A stretch of 64,000 nt of DNA. Origin: Candidatus Multivorans sp. (GTDB lineage: Bacteria; Acidobacteriota; Thermoanaerobaculia; Multivoradales; Multivoraceae). Below the pieces are notes generated by a model, which was not told the DNA's origin, did not search any database, and was given only the letters and a program-made list of their open reading frames with translations. The stretch spans positions 640,001 to 704,000 of the forward strand of contig OZ251997.1 of the NCBI GenBank assembly GCA_965247095.1. The letters run 5' to 3'. Made by a program: the position numbers and the translations under genes. Of this stretch, positions 8,993-17,891 are shown piece after piece; the first letter of the stretch is position 1, and each line of letters starts with the position of its first letter.

Positions 8993-10333
8993 ATGGACAA
9001 CTGGAGCCCGACTTCCTGGCAGAGCGCCGACGTGCGCCAGCAACCCACCTACGGCGACCCGGCGGCGGTGGAGTCGGTTGCGTCGCGGCTCGCCGCTCTG
9101 CCGCCGCTCGTGACCTCCTGGGAAGTCGAGACCCTGAGGGGGCAGTTGGCCTCAGCAGCGCGCGGCGAGCGCTTCGTCCTGCAGGGCGGCGATTGCGCTG
9201 AGAGCTTTGCCGAGTGCACGTCGGAATCGATTACCGCGAAGCTGAAGATCCTCCTCCAGATGAGTCTGGTGCTGACGCACAGCTTGAAGAAGCGGGTGAC
9301 GCGCATCGGCCGTTTTGCCGGTCAGTACGCCAAGCCGCGCTCGTCCGACACCGAGACGCGGAACGGCGAGACCCTGCCCTCGTACCGGGGTGACCTGGTG
9401 AACTCGCTCGACTTCAATGCCGAGGCGAGGGCGCCCGACCCCCTGAATCTCCTCCGCGGCTACCAGCGAGCCGCTCTGACCCTGAACTTCATCCGTGGAT
9501 TGATCGACGGCGGTTTCGCCGATCTCCACCATCCCGAGTACTGGAATCTGGACTTCGTCGACCACTCGCAGAACGCTGCCGAGTACCAGCGCCGGGTCGA
9601 GTCCATCGCCGATTCGCTCAAGTTCATGGAGACGCTTGCCGGCGTCGAAGTGGGGCAGATCGATCGCGTCGACTTCTACACCAGCCACGAAGCGCTGCAC
9701 CTGGTCTACGAGCAGGCGCAGACCCGGACCGTGCCGCGGCGGGAGGGCTGGTACAACCTCTCGACCCACCTGCCCTGGATCGGCCTTCGCACCGCGTTCC
9801 GGGGCTCGGCCCACATCGAGTACGCGCGGGGCATTCGCAACCCCCTGGGCGTCAAGGTGGGGCCCGGGATGAGCCCGGCCGACATCGCCCACCTGATCGA
9901 GGTGCTGAACCCCGACGGCGAGGAGGGCCGGCTGGCTCTCATCCACCGTTGCGGCGCGGACAGGATCGCCGAGGAGTTGCCTCCGATCCTGCAGGCGGTG
10001 TGTGCGACCCGCAAGCCGGTGCTCTGGATCTGCGATCCGATGCACGGCAACACGAAGGGCACTCGGGAGGGGGTGAAGACCAGGGCCTTCAGCGCCATCC
10101 TGTCGGAGCTGGAGCAGGCCTTCGACCTCCATGCCGCGAACGGCACGATCCTCGGCGGCGTGCATTTCGAGCTCACCGGCGAGGACGTGACGGAGTGCGT
10201 CGGCGGCGCTCGGGGTCTCGACGAGCAGGGGCTGCGGCGGGCCTACCGGTCGCAGGTCGACCCGAGGCTGAACTACGAGCAGTCCCTCGAGATGGCCCTG
10301 CTCGTGGCGCGCAAGGGGGCCTCGACCTCGTGA
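8993..10333 (+). CDS. 3-deoxy-7-phosphoheptulonate (DAHP) synthase class II
   Basis: WSPTSW, LQGGDCAESF, GRFAGQYAKPRS, LPSYRGD, WICDPMHGNT, DPRLNYEQSLE. Confidence 0.95.
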   Translation: MDNWSPTSWQSADVRQQPTYGDPAAVESVASRLAALPPLVTSWEVETLRGQLASAARGERFVLQGGDCAESFAECTSESITAKLKILLQMSLVLTHSLKKRVTRIGRFAGQYAKPRSSDTETRNGETLPSYRGDLVNSLDFNAEARAPDPLNLLRGYQRAALTLNFIRGLIDGGFADLHHPEYWNLDFVDHSQNAAEYQRRVESIADSLKFMETLAGVEVGQIDRVDFYTSHEALHLVYEQAQTRTVPRREGWYNLSTHLPWIGLRTAFRGSAHIEYARGIRNPLGVKVGPGMSPADIAHLIEVLNPDGEEGRLALIHRCGADRIAEELPPILQAVCATRKPVLWICDPMHGNTKGTREGVKTRAFSAILSELEQAFDLHAANGTILGGVHFELTGEDVTECVGGARGLDEQGLRRAYRSQVDPRLNYEQSLEMALLVARKGASTS

Positions 10334-10377
10334 AGGGGTAGTATCAGCGTCTCACTGCCCCGCGAGGACCTTGAGCT

Positions 10378-11799
10378 ATGTCCCCGGCTAGTCAGAGTTT
10401 CCGCTTCCGCGAGTCGCGACGGCTGTTGCGCGAGACGGCCGTTCGTGTCTCAGTGCCCGGTGAGGACGGCGAACTCACCGCGTTGACACGCGACATCGCG
10501 ACCGGCGGCATGTTCGTGTCGACCCCGGCGCCGATGCCGGTCGGCACTGCGGTGCACTTCGTGCTCCAGCTCGGGTCGGGCGACGAGCCCGCCGACGTTG
10601 AGGGCGAGGCGACCGTGGTCTGGGTACGCCCCGAGGCCGGCGGCGCCGATCAGCCGGCCGGGATGGGGATGCAGTTCACCCGTGTCGAACCAGCGGGTGA
10701 AGAGCGTCTGGCGCTGCTGTTCTCGGAGCGGCAGGTGGAGGCCGATGTGATTCCGCCGGCGCCCGTGCCCGAAGTCGAGGAGGCCGAGGCCCAGGACGCC
10801 GAGGCCGAAGACGCTGAAGCCGAAGATGCTGAAGCCGAAGCGGCCCCGCCGGAGGCGCCCGCCGAATCGCCGCCGGCCGAACCGCCTGGTGACGACGTGC
10901 CGTCCATCGATCCACCCCTGGCAGCGGAAGACGCCGCCCGCGCCGACGAGGTCGAGGCCACGCACGCGGATCTGTTCGGTGAGCTGGCGGAAGACGGCGA
11001 CGACGACTGGATGAAGCCGGAGTCGAGTTCTCGCCCCTGGCTTTGGCCCGCGGTCGGCGCAGCGGTGCTCCTGGTTGCCCTGATCGTCTTCCGGGGACCA
11101 TTGCTGCAGTTGGTCGGAGTGGATGGCGCCCCCACCGAAGAGGGCGCGCCGGCCGACGCTCCAACTTTCGAGATTTCGACACCTCGGGCGGGAGATGACG
11201 TCCCACCGGAAGGCGCCGAGGAGTCGTCCACGACGAGCAGGCTGTTCTTACCCCTGGAGGAACAGGCTGCCGACGCGGAGTCGACAGCCGACGACGCGGC
11301 GGCCGAACCCGCCGGCGCCGCGGCGACGGAAGCCGCCGAGCCCGTCGCGGCCGAGCGGCCCGAGCCGGCCCCGCCGACTGCCGCGGTCGAGACGAGGACG
11401 GCGCCTGCCGCCGAGCCCGCCGCCGCACGGCCGCCGTCGGCGCGACCGTCAACCGCTGCTCCGGCGGCGCCGCCTGCCAATGCGACCGCTCTGCGTTCGA
11501 TTACCGTATCGACGGCAGGTGACCGCACGGTGATCGAGATCGTCGGCAACGCTCCCTTCCAGCGACACCACATCATGCCGCTCGAAGCGCCGCCGCGGTT
11601 GGTCTTGCGATTGATCGGCGTGCGTCAGGACTACGACGCGAGCGCGGTCAAGGGACCCAGACTGCGCGGCGTTCGGACCGGCGTTCACGGCCGGGGCGCG
11701 ACCCGGAACCTGCACGTCGTGCTCGATCTCAGCGCGTCCGACATCGCGGCGACGGTCGAGCGGCGGGGCGACCGGGTCGTCGTCAACCTCTCGGATTGA
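10378..11799 (+). CDS. PilZ domain + acidic linker + TM helix + C-terminal AMIN domain protein
   Basis: RESRR and DIATGGMF PilZ motifs, GMGMQF; TM WLWPAVGAAVLLVALIVF; AMIN-like RTVIEI...PPRLVL...LHVVLDL. Confidence 0.75.
   Translation: MSPASQSFRFRESRRLLRETAVRVSVPGEDGELTALTRDIATGGMFVSTPAPMPVGTAVHFVLQLGSGDEPADVEGEATVVWVRPEAGGADQPAGMGMQFTRVEPAGEERLALLFSERQVEADVIPPAPVPEVEEAEAQDAEAEDAEAEDAEAEAAPPEAPAESPPAEPPGDDVPSIDPPLAAEDAARADEVEATHADLFGELAEDGDDDWMKPESSSRPWLWPAVGAAVLLVALIVFRGPLLQLVGVDGAPTEEGAPADAPTFEISTPRAGDDVPPEGAEESSTTSRLFLPLEEQAADAESTADDAAAEPAGAAATEAAEPVAAERPEPAPPTAAVETRTAPAAEPAAARPPSARPSTAAPAAPPANATALRSITVSTAGDRTVIEIVGNAPFQRHHIMPLEAPPRLVLRLIGVRQDYDASAVKGPRLRGVRTGVHGRGATRNLHVVLDLSASDIAATVERRGDRVVVNLSD
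10783..10842 (+). repeat. Intragenic 15-bp tandem repeat x4 (AEAQD/AEAED/AEAED/AEAEA)
   Basis: gccgaggcccaggac gccgaggccgaagac gctgaagccgaagat gctgaagccgaagcg. Confidence 0.8.
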
Positions 11800-13502
11800 C
11801 GCAGGCGGGATCCGCCGGCAGAGGTAGCCCGCGCCCTTCGGGCGGCGCGGCGCGGGTCGGGCTGGGAATCCTGGCGAGTCGGATTCTCGGCCTCGTCCGG
11901 GATGCTGTGATCGGTGGCCTTCAGGGCCTCGGTGCGCTGCCGGACGTGCTGACCGTTGCGTTTCGGGCCCCGAACGCGCTACAGAACCTGCTCGGAGACC
12001 AGGCCCTCTCGGCTTCCTTCATCCCGGTCTACAGCCGGATGGTCGAGGAAGGGAGGCGTCGGGATGCCGGGGCCCTGGCCGGCGCCGTCTTTGGCCTGCT
12101 GTTCGTCGTAATGGCGACGCTGAGCCTGCTCGGGGTCATGCTGGCGCCGTGGCTGGTACGGCTGTTGGCCCCCGGCTTTGCGGCCGACGCGGCCGCGGTG
12201 GCCGCCGGCACCGCGCTGGTGGATCGGCTGGAACTGACGATCGCCGCGGTGCGGATCTGTTTCCCGATGGTGGCCGCGATCACCCTGTCGGCCTGGTGCC
12301 TCGGGGTCCTGAACAGTCACCGCCGCTTTCTGCTCCCGTACATCGCGCCGTGCTTCTGGAACGCGGGCATCATCGCTGGAGTCTGGTATGTCGCGACCCG
12401 GGCAACGGGAAGCGACGCCGACCGGATCGAGGCGTTGGCGCTGGCCGCCTGCTGGGGCGGGCTGGTTGGGGGCTTGCTGCAGTTCGCCGTTCAACTGCCT
12501 TCGGTCTTGCGGGTGACCGGCGGGCTGCGCCCCTCGCTCAGCTTGCGGGCGGCCGGCGTTCAGAAGACCCTGCGTGCGCTGGGCCCCGCGATTGCCGCTC
12601 GCGGCGTGGTGCAACTGGGCGGTTACGTCGACGTTTGCCTGGCCTCCCTCCTGGCTGTGGGCACGGCGTCGGCTCTCGGCTATGGGCAACGCCTCTATCT
12701 GTTGCCGATCTCCCTTTTCGGTGTTTCGGTAGCGGCCGCGGAACTTCCAGAGCTGGCTCGCCTGCAGGGCGACATCAGGGAGCGCACGGCGACCGCCGCG
12801 ACCCGCACGGGGAGGTCGCTGTCGGCGATGTCCTTCCTGGTGGTTCCGACGTTCGTCGGCTATCTGGCGCTTGGGTTCGGGATCGTCGGCGCGATCCACA
12901 TGCGCGGTGAATTCGGCATTGCCGACACCTGGCTGGTGTTCTTGGTTCTGGCCGCCTACACCCTGGGTCTGCTGGCGTCGAGTGCCTCGCGGCTGCTTCA
13001 GAGCGTGTTCTTCTCCCTCGGCGATACCCGGAGCCCAGCCCGGATTGCCGCGATGCGCCTCGTCGTCGCGGCCGGGGTCGGCGTCGTGCTGATGACGCTG
13101 CTCGATCGGCTAGCGGTTGATGACGTTCTGCCGTCGGCGTGGCTGGGGGAGATGGCGGGGACCGGGAAGACGCTGCGCCTGGGCGCTGTCGGGCTGGCCT
13201 TGGGGTCTGCGGTGGGTAGCTGGTTCGAGCTGACCCGGTTGCTTGGCCGCTTGCGGCACCGGGATGTGCAGGTGAGATCGCCCTGGCGAGCCTGGCGCAG
13301 GCACCTGCCGCTCGCGATCCTCTGTCTCGCTCCCTGGGCCGCGACTCAGGTCCTGGTTCCGGGCCCGCCGTGGATTGCGGGTACCGTCCCCGTGATCGGC
13401 TTCGCCGCCACCTACCTGGTGATGGCCTACCTGCTAGAGGTGCCGGAGGCGCGAGCTCTCTGGCGCTGGCTGGCCGAAACCCGGCGCCGCCGGGAGACGT
13501 AG
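11796..13502 (+). CDS. murJ: Lipid II flippase MurJ
   Basis: SRILGLVRD, AFRAPNALQNLLGDQALSASFIPVY, RLYLLPISLFGVSV; ~14 TM. Confidence 0.92.
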   Translation: MTQAGSAGRGSPRPSGGAARVGLGILASRILGLVRDAVIGGLQGLGALPDVLTVAFRAPNALQNLLGDQALSASFIPVYSRMVEEGRRRDAGALAGAVFGLLFVVMATLSLLGVMLAPWLVRLLAPGFAADAAAVAAGTALVDRLELTIAAVRICFPMVAAITLSAWCLGVLNSHRRFLLPYIAPCFWNAGIIAGVWYVATRATGSDADRIEALALAACWGGLVGGLLQFAVQLPSVLRVTGGLRPSLSLRAAGVQKTLRALGPAIAARGVVQLGGYVDVCLASLLAVGTASALGYGQRLYLLPISLFGVSVAAAELPELARLQGDIRERTATAATRTGRSLSAMSFLVVPTFVGYLALGFGIVGAIHMRGEFGIADTWLVFLVLAAYTLGLLASSASRLLQSVFFSLGDTRSPARIAAMRLVVAAGVGVVLMTLLDRLAVDDVLPSAWLGEMAGTGKTLRLGAVGLALGSAVGSWFELTRLLGRLRHRDVQVRSPWRAWRRHLPLAILCLAPWAATQVLVPGPPWIAGTVPVIGFAATYLVMAYLLEVPEARALWRWLAETRRRRET

Positions 13503-13529
13503 TCTGGAGCAACGATAGGAGATTGCAAC

Positions 13530-14105
13530 GTGGAGATTCTGCTCAGTGTCGGTCTGGGGGTCGGTCTGGCGGCGGCGTGCGGTTTCCGTGTCTTCCTGCC
13601 CGTCCTGGTTATGGGTGTGGCGGCCAGGGCCGGCGCGCTCGATTTGTCCGAGGGATTCGAATGGATGGCGGGGACCCCGGCCCTGCTGGCTCTCGGCGTC
13701 GCGGCGGTCTGTGAAGTCGGCGCCTACTACATCCCCTGGCTCGACAACGTCCTCGACGTAGCCGCGATGCCGGCCGCTGTCACCGCCGGCATTGTCGTGG
13801 CGGCGGCGAACATCGAGACCGCGACGCCCCTACTGGGGTGGGCGCTGGCCGCGGTGGCCGGCGGCACGGCGGCAGCGGTGGTCCAGACGGGAACGACGCT
13901 GCTGCGGGGCGCCTCGACCATGATGACGGCCGGGATCGGCAATCCCGTGGTGTCGACCGGAGAAGCTGGATCGGCCGCCGGCCTGTCACTCGTAGCGATC
14001 ACGATGCCCGTGCTCGCTCTGGCCGCCGTGCTGCTGCTGGTGGCCGTGGTCAGCGCCGGGCTCCTGCGGCGGCGCGTGCTCAAGGCGCGACGCGCCGACT
14101 CGTGA
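13530..14105 (+). CDS. DUF4126-family membrane protein
   Basis: GLAAACGFRVFLP, EVGAYYIPWLDNVLD, GIGNPVVSTGE. Confidence 0.85.
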   Translation: MEILLSVGLGVGLAAACGFRVFLPVLVMGVAARAGALDLSEGFEWMAGTPALLALGVAAVCEVGAYYIPWLDNVLDVAAMPAAVTAGIVVAAANIETATPLLGWALAAVAGGTAAAVVQTGTTLLRGASTMMTAGIGNPVVSTGEAGSAAGLSLVAITMPVLALAAVLLLVAVVSAGLLRRRVLKARRADS

Positions 14106-14229
14106 AGCTCCGCTTGCGCCGACCGGATTTGGCGCGTAGGAGGAAGTCGGCGGCCGTTCGCCCATCCGGGAATCACGCAGTGACCGGGCGGGTTGAGACA
14201 TGGACGGCGCTAGGATGGTCAGGGGACCG

Positions 14230-15390
14230 ATGGAGGGGTTGACCGCTGTGACGACGGGGGACATCGAACCGCGGGTTGGGCGCCGCCGGCTGAATCGTCC
14301 GGCGGTGGCGGCTGTCCTGGCTGCGCTCGCTCTGGGATGCGCTTCGACCGCTGCGCGAGAAGCCGGCGAGAGTGCTCTTCAGAGAGAACTGGAGCGGCGT
14401 GGCGTCAGCCGTGTCGTGGTGCCGTTCGCGCTGAACGAGGAGATGGCGGCGTGGGCTCACGGCTCGGTCGCTGAGACGCTGCGAGAGGAGCGCCTCGACC
14501 GCCTGGTCGAAGTCGTGATGGACACCTCCCTGCTCGGCGTGGAGTACGAGGCCGGGCGCACGAGCTCGGCGGTCGAGGTGTTCGAGAACCGGACGGCGAA
14601 CTGCCTGGCCTTCACCCAGATGTTCGTGGGGCTCGCGCGGGAGTTGGAGCTGCCGGCGTACTTCGTCGAAGTGACCCACGTCGAGAGCTTCGAGCGCTCC
14701 GGGGACCTGATCGTCATATCGGACCATGTCGCCGTGGGGTTCGGACCGCGGCACATGATGCGAGTGATCGACTTCGGGCGCCGTCAGGAAGAGGACGCTT
14801 GGCGGGTGAATCCGATCAGTGACCTGACGGCCACGGCGCTCTTCTACTCGAACCGCGGCGCCGAGGCGCTCCGTGCGGAGCGGCTCGACGAAGCCGTGGC
14901 CTGGCTCGAAGACGCGGTCCGCATCGATTCCGAACTCGCCTCGGCCTGGGTCAACCTGGGCGTGGCTCAGCGGCGGAGTGGCCGCGCCGGCGCGGCCGAG
15001 GGGAGCTACCGGCGGGCGCTCGAGATCGATCCGCGCGCCAGTTCCGCGCTCGCCAACCTCGCGGTGCTGTTGCGGATGAACGGGCGCACCGCCGAGGCCG
15101 AGGAGTTGCTCCGGTTGACGGCGACGACACACAACCGCAACCCGTTCACGTACATCGCCCTGGGCGACCTGAGCCTGCGTTACGGCCGCCTGGACGAGGC
15201 GGAGCGCTTCTACAGCAGGGCGCGGCGGCTCGGGCCCGACGAGGCGGCGTCTGCGGCCGCGCTGGGCGAGGTGCTGCTGCGCCGGGGCGAGCGGCGGGCG
15301 GCCGAGAAGCTACTCCGCCGCGCGCAGCGGCTGCAGCCCGACGGCGGCCGGCGGATTGATCGTCTGGCCCGCCTGCTGGCGGGCGCCTGA
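14230..15390 (+). CDS. Lipoprotein with transglutaminase-like region and TPR repeats
   Basis: Lipobox LALGC; ANCLAFT...DHV...VIDF (Cys-His-Asp); TPRs such as AWVNLGVAQ...YRRALEIDP; start uncertain. Confidence 0.75.
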   Translation: MEGLTAVTTGDIEPRVGRRRLNRPAVAAVLAALALGCASTAAREAGESALQRELERRGVSRVVVPFALNEEMAAWAHGSVAETLREERLDRLVEVVMDTSLLGVEYEAGRTSSAVEVFENRTANCLAFTQMFVGLARELELPAYFVEVTHVESFERSGDLIVISDHVAVGFGPRHMMRVIDFGRRQEEDAWRVNPISDLTATALFYSNRGAEALRAERLDEAVAWLEDAVRIDSELASAWVNLGVAQRRSGRAGAAEGSYRRALEIDPRASSALANLAVLLRMNGRTAEAEELLRLTATTHNRNPFTYIALGDLSLRYGRLDEAERFYSRARRLGPDEAASAAALGEVLLRRGERRAAEKLLRRAQRLQPDGGRRIDRLARLLAGA

Positions 15391-15424
15391 GCGGCTGGCG
15401 GGCAGTTTGTCACCGGATTCCGAC

Positions 15425-17737
15425 GTGCCGTGCCTCTGGCAGCTCTGGATCGACACCGGCGGTACGTTCACGGACTGCATAGCGCTCGACCCGGCCGGCG
15501 CCGTTCAGTGCATCAAGGTCCTGAGTTCCGGATCGGTGCGGGCGACGGTCGTTTCGGACGGCGCGGACGACCTGCGCCTGGAGACACCGTTCGATCTCCC
15601 GGACGGCTTCTTCGAGGGCTACGCACTGACCCCGCTTGCCGGCGGTACTCCGGTGCGCGTGGAGGAGTGGTCGGCTGACGGTTCCTGCCGGCTGGCGGAC
15701 GGTGCCGGCAGCGGGAACCCGGGTGGCGCGAACCCGCGCCACCCGCGAACCAGTCCGAGCGCTCGTCATCGAGCGCTCGGATGGAACGGGAGCGGTTTCG
15801 GGCGCGGTCTGGTCGTGGAACTCGTCTCGCCCGAGAACGCGCCCATCCTCGCGGCACGGATCGCCACCGGCAGGACGCTCCACGAGCCGTTGCCGGCCTG
15901 CGATCTCCGGCTCGCGACGACTCGGGGAACGAACGCCCTGCTCGAGCGGGCCGGCTCGCGGACGGTGCTGTTCGTCACCGAAGGGTTCGCCGATCTGCTC
16001 CTGATCGGAGACCAGGCGCGGCCGGACATCTTCGCGCTCAACATCGAGCGTCCGGCGCCTCTGTACGAACGCGCGGTCGAGGTCGGCGGCCGCCTTGACG
16101 CGGAGGGACGCGAGCTGTTGCCGCTCGACGAGAACGGGTTGCGGACGGCCGCGCGGGCACTGGTCGGCGAGGGCTTCCGGGCCGCGGCCGTGGCTCTGAT
16201 GCACAGTTACCGGAATCCGGCACACGAGGAGCGCGCCGAGCGCATCCTTAGCTGTGCCGGCTTCGAGACGGTTTCGTGTTCGGCCGAACTGGCGCCCCTG
16301 ATCAAGATCGTGCCGCGGGCGCACACGGCGGTGGTCGACGCCTACCTGGGCCGCGCCGTCGGCGGCTATCTTGAGACCACGGGCGCAGCGCTCGGGGGCG
16401 GACCGGCGGCGGAGGAGGGCCGCCTCGCGCCGCGAGTGATGACCAGCGCCGGCGGCCTGGCGAGCTTCGCCAGCTACCGGCCCAAGGACAGCCTGCTTTC
16501 GGGCCCGGCCGGCGGTGTCGTGGGAGCGGCGGCGGCGGGCCGCGCGAGCGGCATGGAGCGGATCATCGGCTTCGACATGGGCGGCACGAGCACCGATGTC
16601 TCCCGCTACGACGGCGACTTCGAGTACAACTTCGAGTTCCGCGTCGGCGACGCGACCGTGGTGGCGCCGGCGCTGGCGATCGAGACCGTGGCCGCGGGCG
16701 GCGGCTCGATCTGCGGTGTCGATCACGGCCAGCTCAAGGTCGGGCCCGAGAGCGCCGGAGCGCGGCCGGGGCCGGCCTGCTACGGCGCCGGCGGGCCGCT
16801 GACCATCACGGATGTGAACCTGTTGCTCGGCCGGATCGACCCGGCGGCCTTCGGCCTGCCCATCGATAGCGCCGCTGCCGAGCGCCGGTCGGCGGAGGTG
16901 CTGGGCGGCCTGACCGGCTCGGAGGAGCAGTTGCTGGGGGGCTTCCTGCAGGTCGCCAACGAGCGCATGGCGGACGCCATTCGGCGCATCTCCATTTCGC
17001 GCGGGTACGACCCGGCGGACTACGCCCTGGTCAGTTTCGGCGGCGCGGGAGGCCAGCACGCCTGCGCCATTGCGTCCGAGCTGGGAATGCGCACGGTGAT
17101 CGTGCCGGTCGATACGTCGCTCTTGAGCGCGGTCGGTCTGGGGCACGCGGTGCTGGAGCGTTTCGCGCACCGGCAGGTGCTGGCGCCTCTGGACGGCGTT
17201 GCGGTCGGACCGCTGGTCGAGGAGCTCGAGCAGGAGGCGTTGGCGGCGCTGGTGAGCGAACGCGGGGCGAACCTGGAAGGCGCCGCGGTGCGTCGGCGGA
17301 TCGTTCGGCTGCGGTTGCAGGGACAGGAAACGGCGCTGGAAGTCGAGCCGGCCTCGGCGGCGGAGGCGTGCTCGACCGGGGCCGTCGCGGCGCTCTTTGC
17401 CGACCGCTACCGGGCGGTCTACGGCTATCCGCCGCCCGAGCACCCGGTCGAGGTCGAGTCGATCCGGGTCCTGGCCTCGACCGCTCCGGCGGCTGGGCGA
17501 CTTGAGCGTGTCCCGGAGGAGCGAGCGGTGGAAGCGGGGACCAGGAACCGCCGGGCCTGGTTCGACGGCTGGAGGACGGCCGAGATCCTGTGGCGCGATA
17601 GCCTCGCTTCCGGTTTCGAGCGCGCCGGCCCCTGCCTGGTGCAGGAGCGCCACAGCATCACGGTGGTCGAGCCGGGCTGGAACCTGCGCGTCGACGACGC
17701 GCACGCTCTGGTTCTGAGCTGGTCCGCGGGCGTGTAG
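15425..17737 (+). CDS. Hydantoinase A / 5-oxoprolinase ATP-binding subunit
   Basis: IDTGGTFTD, TTRGTNALLER, LLSGPAGGVVG, FDMGGTSTDVS, ETVAAGGGS, GPESAGARPGPACYG, FGGAGGQHAC. Confidence 0.92.
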   Translation: MPCLWQLWIDTGGTFTDCIALDPAGAVQCIKVLSSGSVRATVVSDGADDLRLETPFDLPDGFFEGYALTPLAGGTPVRVEEWSADGSCRLADGAGSGNPGGANPRHPRTSPSARHRALGWNGSGFGRGLVVELVSPENAPILAARIATGRTLHEPLPACDLRLATTRGTNALLERAGSRTVLFVTEGFADLLLIGDQARPDIFALNIERPAPLYERAVEVGGRLDAEGRELLPLDENGLRTAARALVGEGFRAAAVALMHSYRNPAHEERAERILSCAGFETVSCSAELAPLIKIVPRAHTAVVDAYLGRAVGGYLETTGAALGGGPAAEEGRLAPRVMTSAGGLASFASYRPKDSLLSGPAGGVVGAAAAGRASGMERIIGFDMGGTSTDVSRYDGDFEYNFEFRVGDATVVAPALAIETVAAGGGSICGVDHGQLKVGPESAGARPGPACYGAGGPLTITDVNLLLGRIDPAAFGLPIDSAAAERRSAEVLGGLTGSEEQLLGGFLQVANERMADAIRRISISRGYDPADYALVSFGGAGGQHACAIASELGMRTVIVPVDTSLLSAVGLGHAVLERFAHRQVLAPLDGVAVGPLVEELEQEALAALVSERGANLEGAAVRRRIVRLRLQGQETALEVEPASAAEACSTGAVAALFADRYRAVYGYPPPEHPVEVESIRVLASTAPAAGRLERVPEERAVEAGTRNRRAWFDGWRTAEILWRDSLASGFERAGPCLVQERHSITVVEPGWNLRVDDAHALVLSWSAGV
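15714..15787 (+). repeat. Two-hairpin dispersed repeat, family B, copy 1 (in frame inside the hydantoinase A gene)
   Basis: cgggtggcgcg-aacc-cgcgccacccg (11-bp stem), linker cgaaccag, tccgagcgctcg-tcat-cgagcgctcgga (12-bp stem). Confidence 0.9.
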
Positions 17738-17753
17738 CCGGCTACGCCGCTTC

Positions 17754-17826
17754 GGAACCCAGGTGGGGCGGTCGGCGCCACCTGCGAACCACTCCGTACG
17801 CGAGTCATCGAGCGCACGGATGGAAC
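17754..17826 (+). repeat. Two-hairpin dispersed repeat, family B, copy 2 (degenerate, intergenic)
   Basis: ggaacccaggtggggcggtcggcgccacctgcgaaccactccgtacgcgagtcatcgagcgcacggatggaac. Confidence 0.85.
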
Positions 17827-17853
17827 TTCCGGAGCGGGAGGACGTATCTGGAT

Positions 17854-17869
17854 TGGCATAGAGTTGCCA
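17854..17869 (+). promoter_or_regulatory. Palindrome TGGCA-N6-TGCCA enclosing a -10-like TAGAGT upstream of the RND operon (putative operator)
   Basis: tggca tagagt tgcca, 22 bp before the ATG at 17892. Confidence 0.4.
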
Positions 17870-17891
17870 CTTTCCGCCCTTTTTGTCGCCC

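Noticed and set aside
17853-17869. Possible sigma-54 promoter TGGCA...TTGC
   Set aside because: GG-to-GC spacing is 9 nt rather than the required 10; kept only as a palindrome
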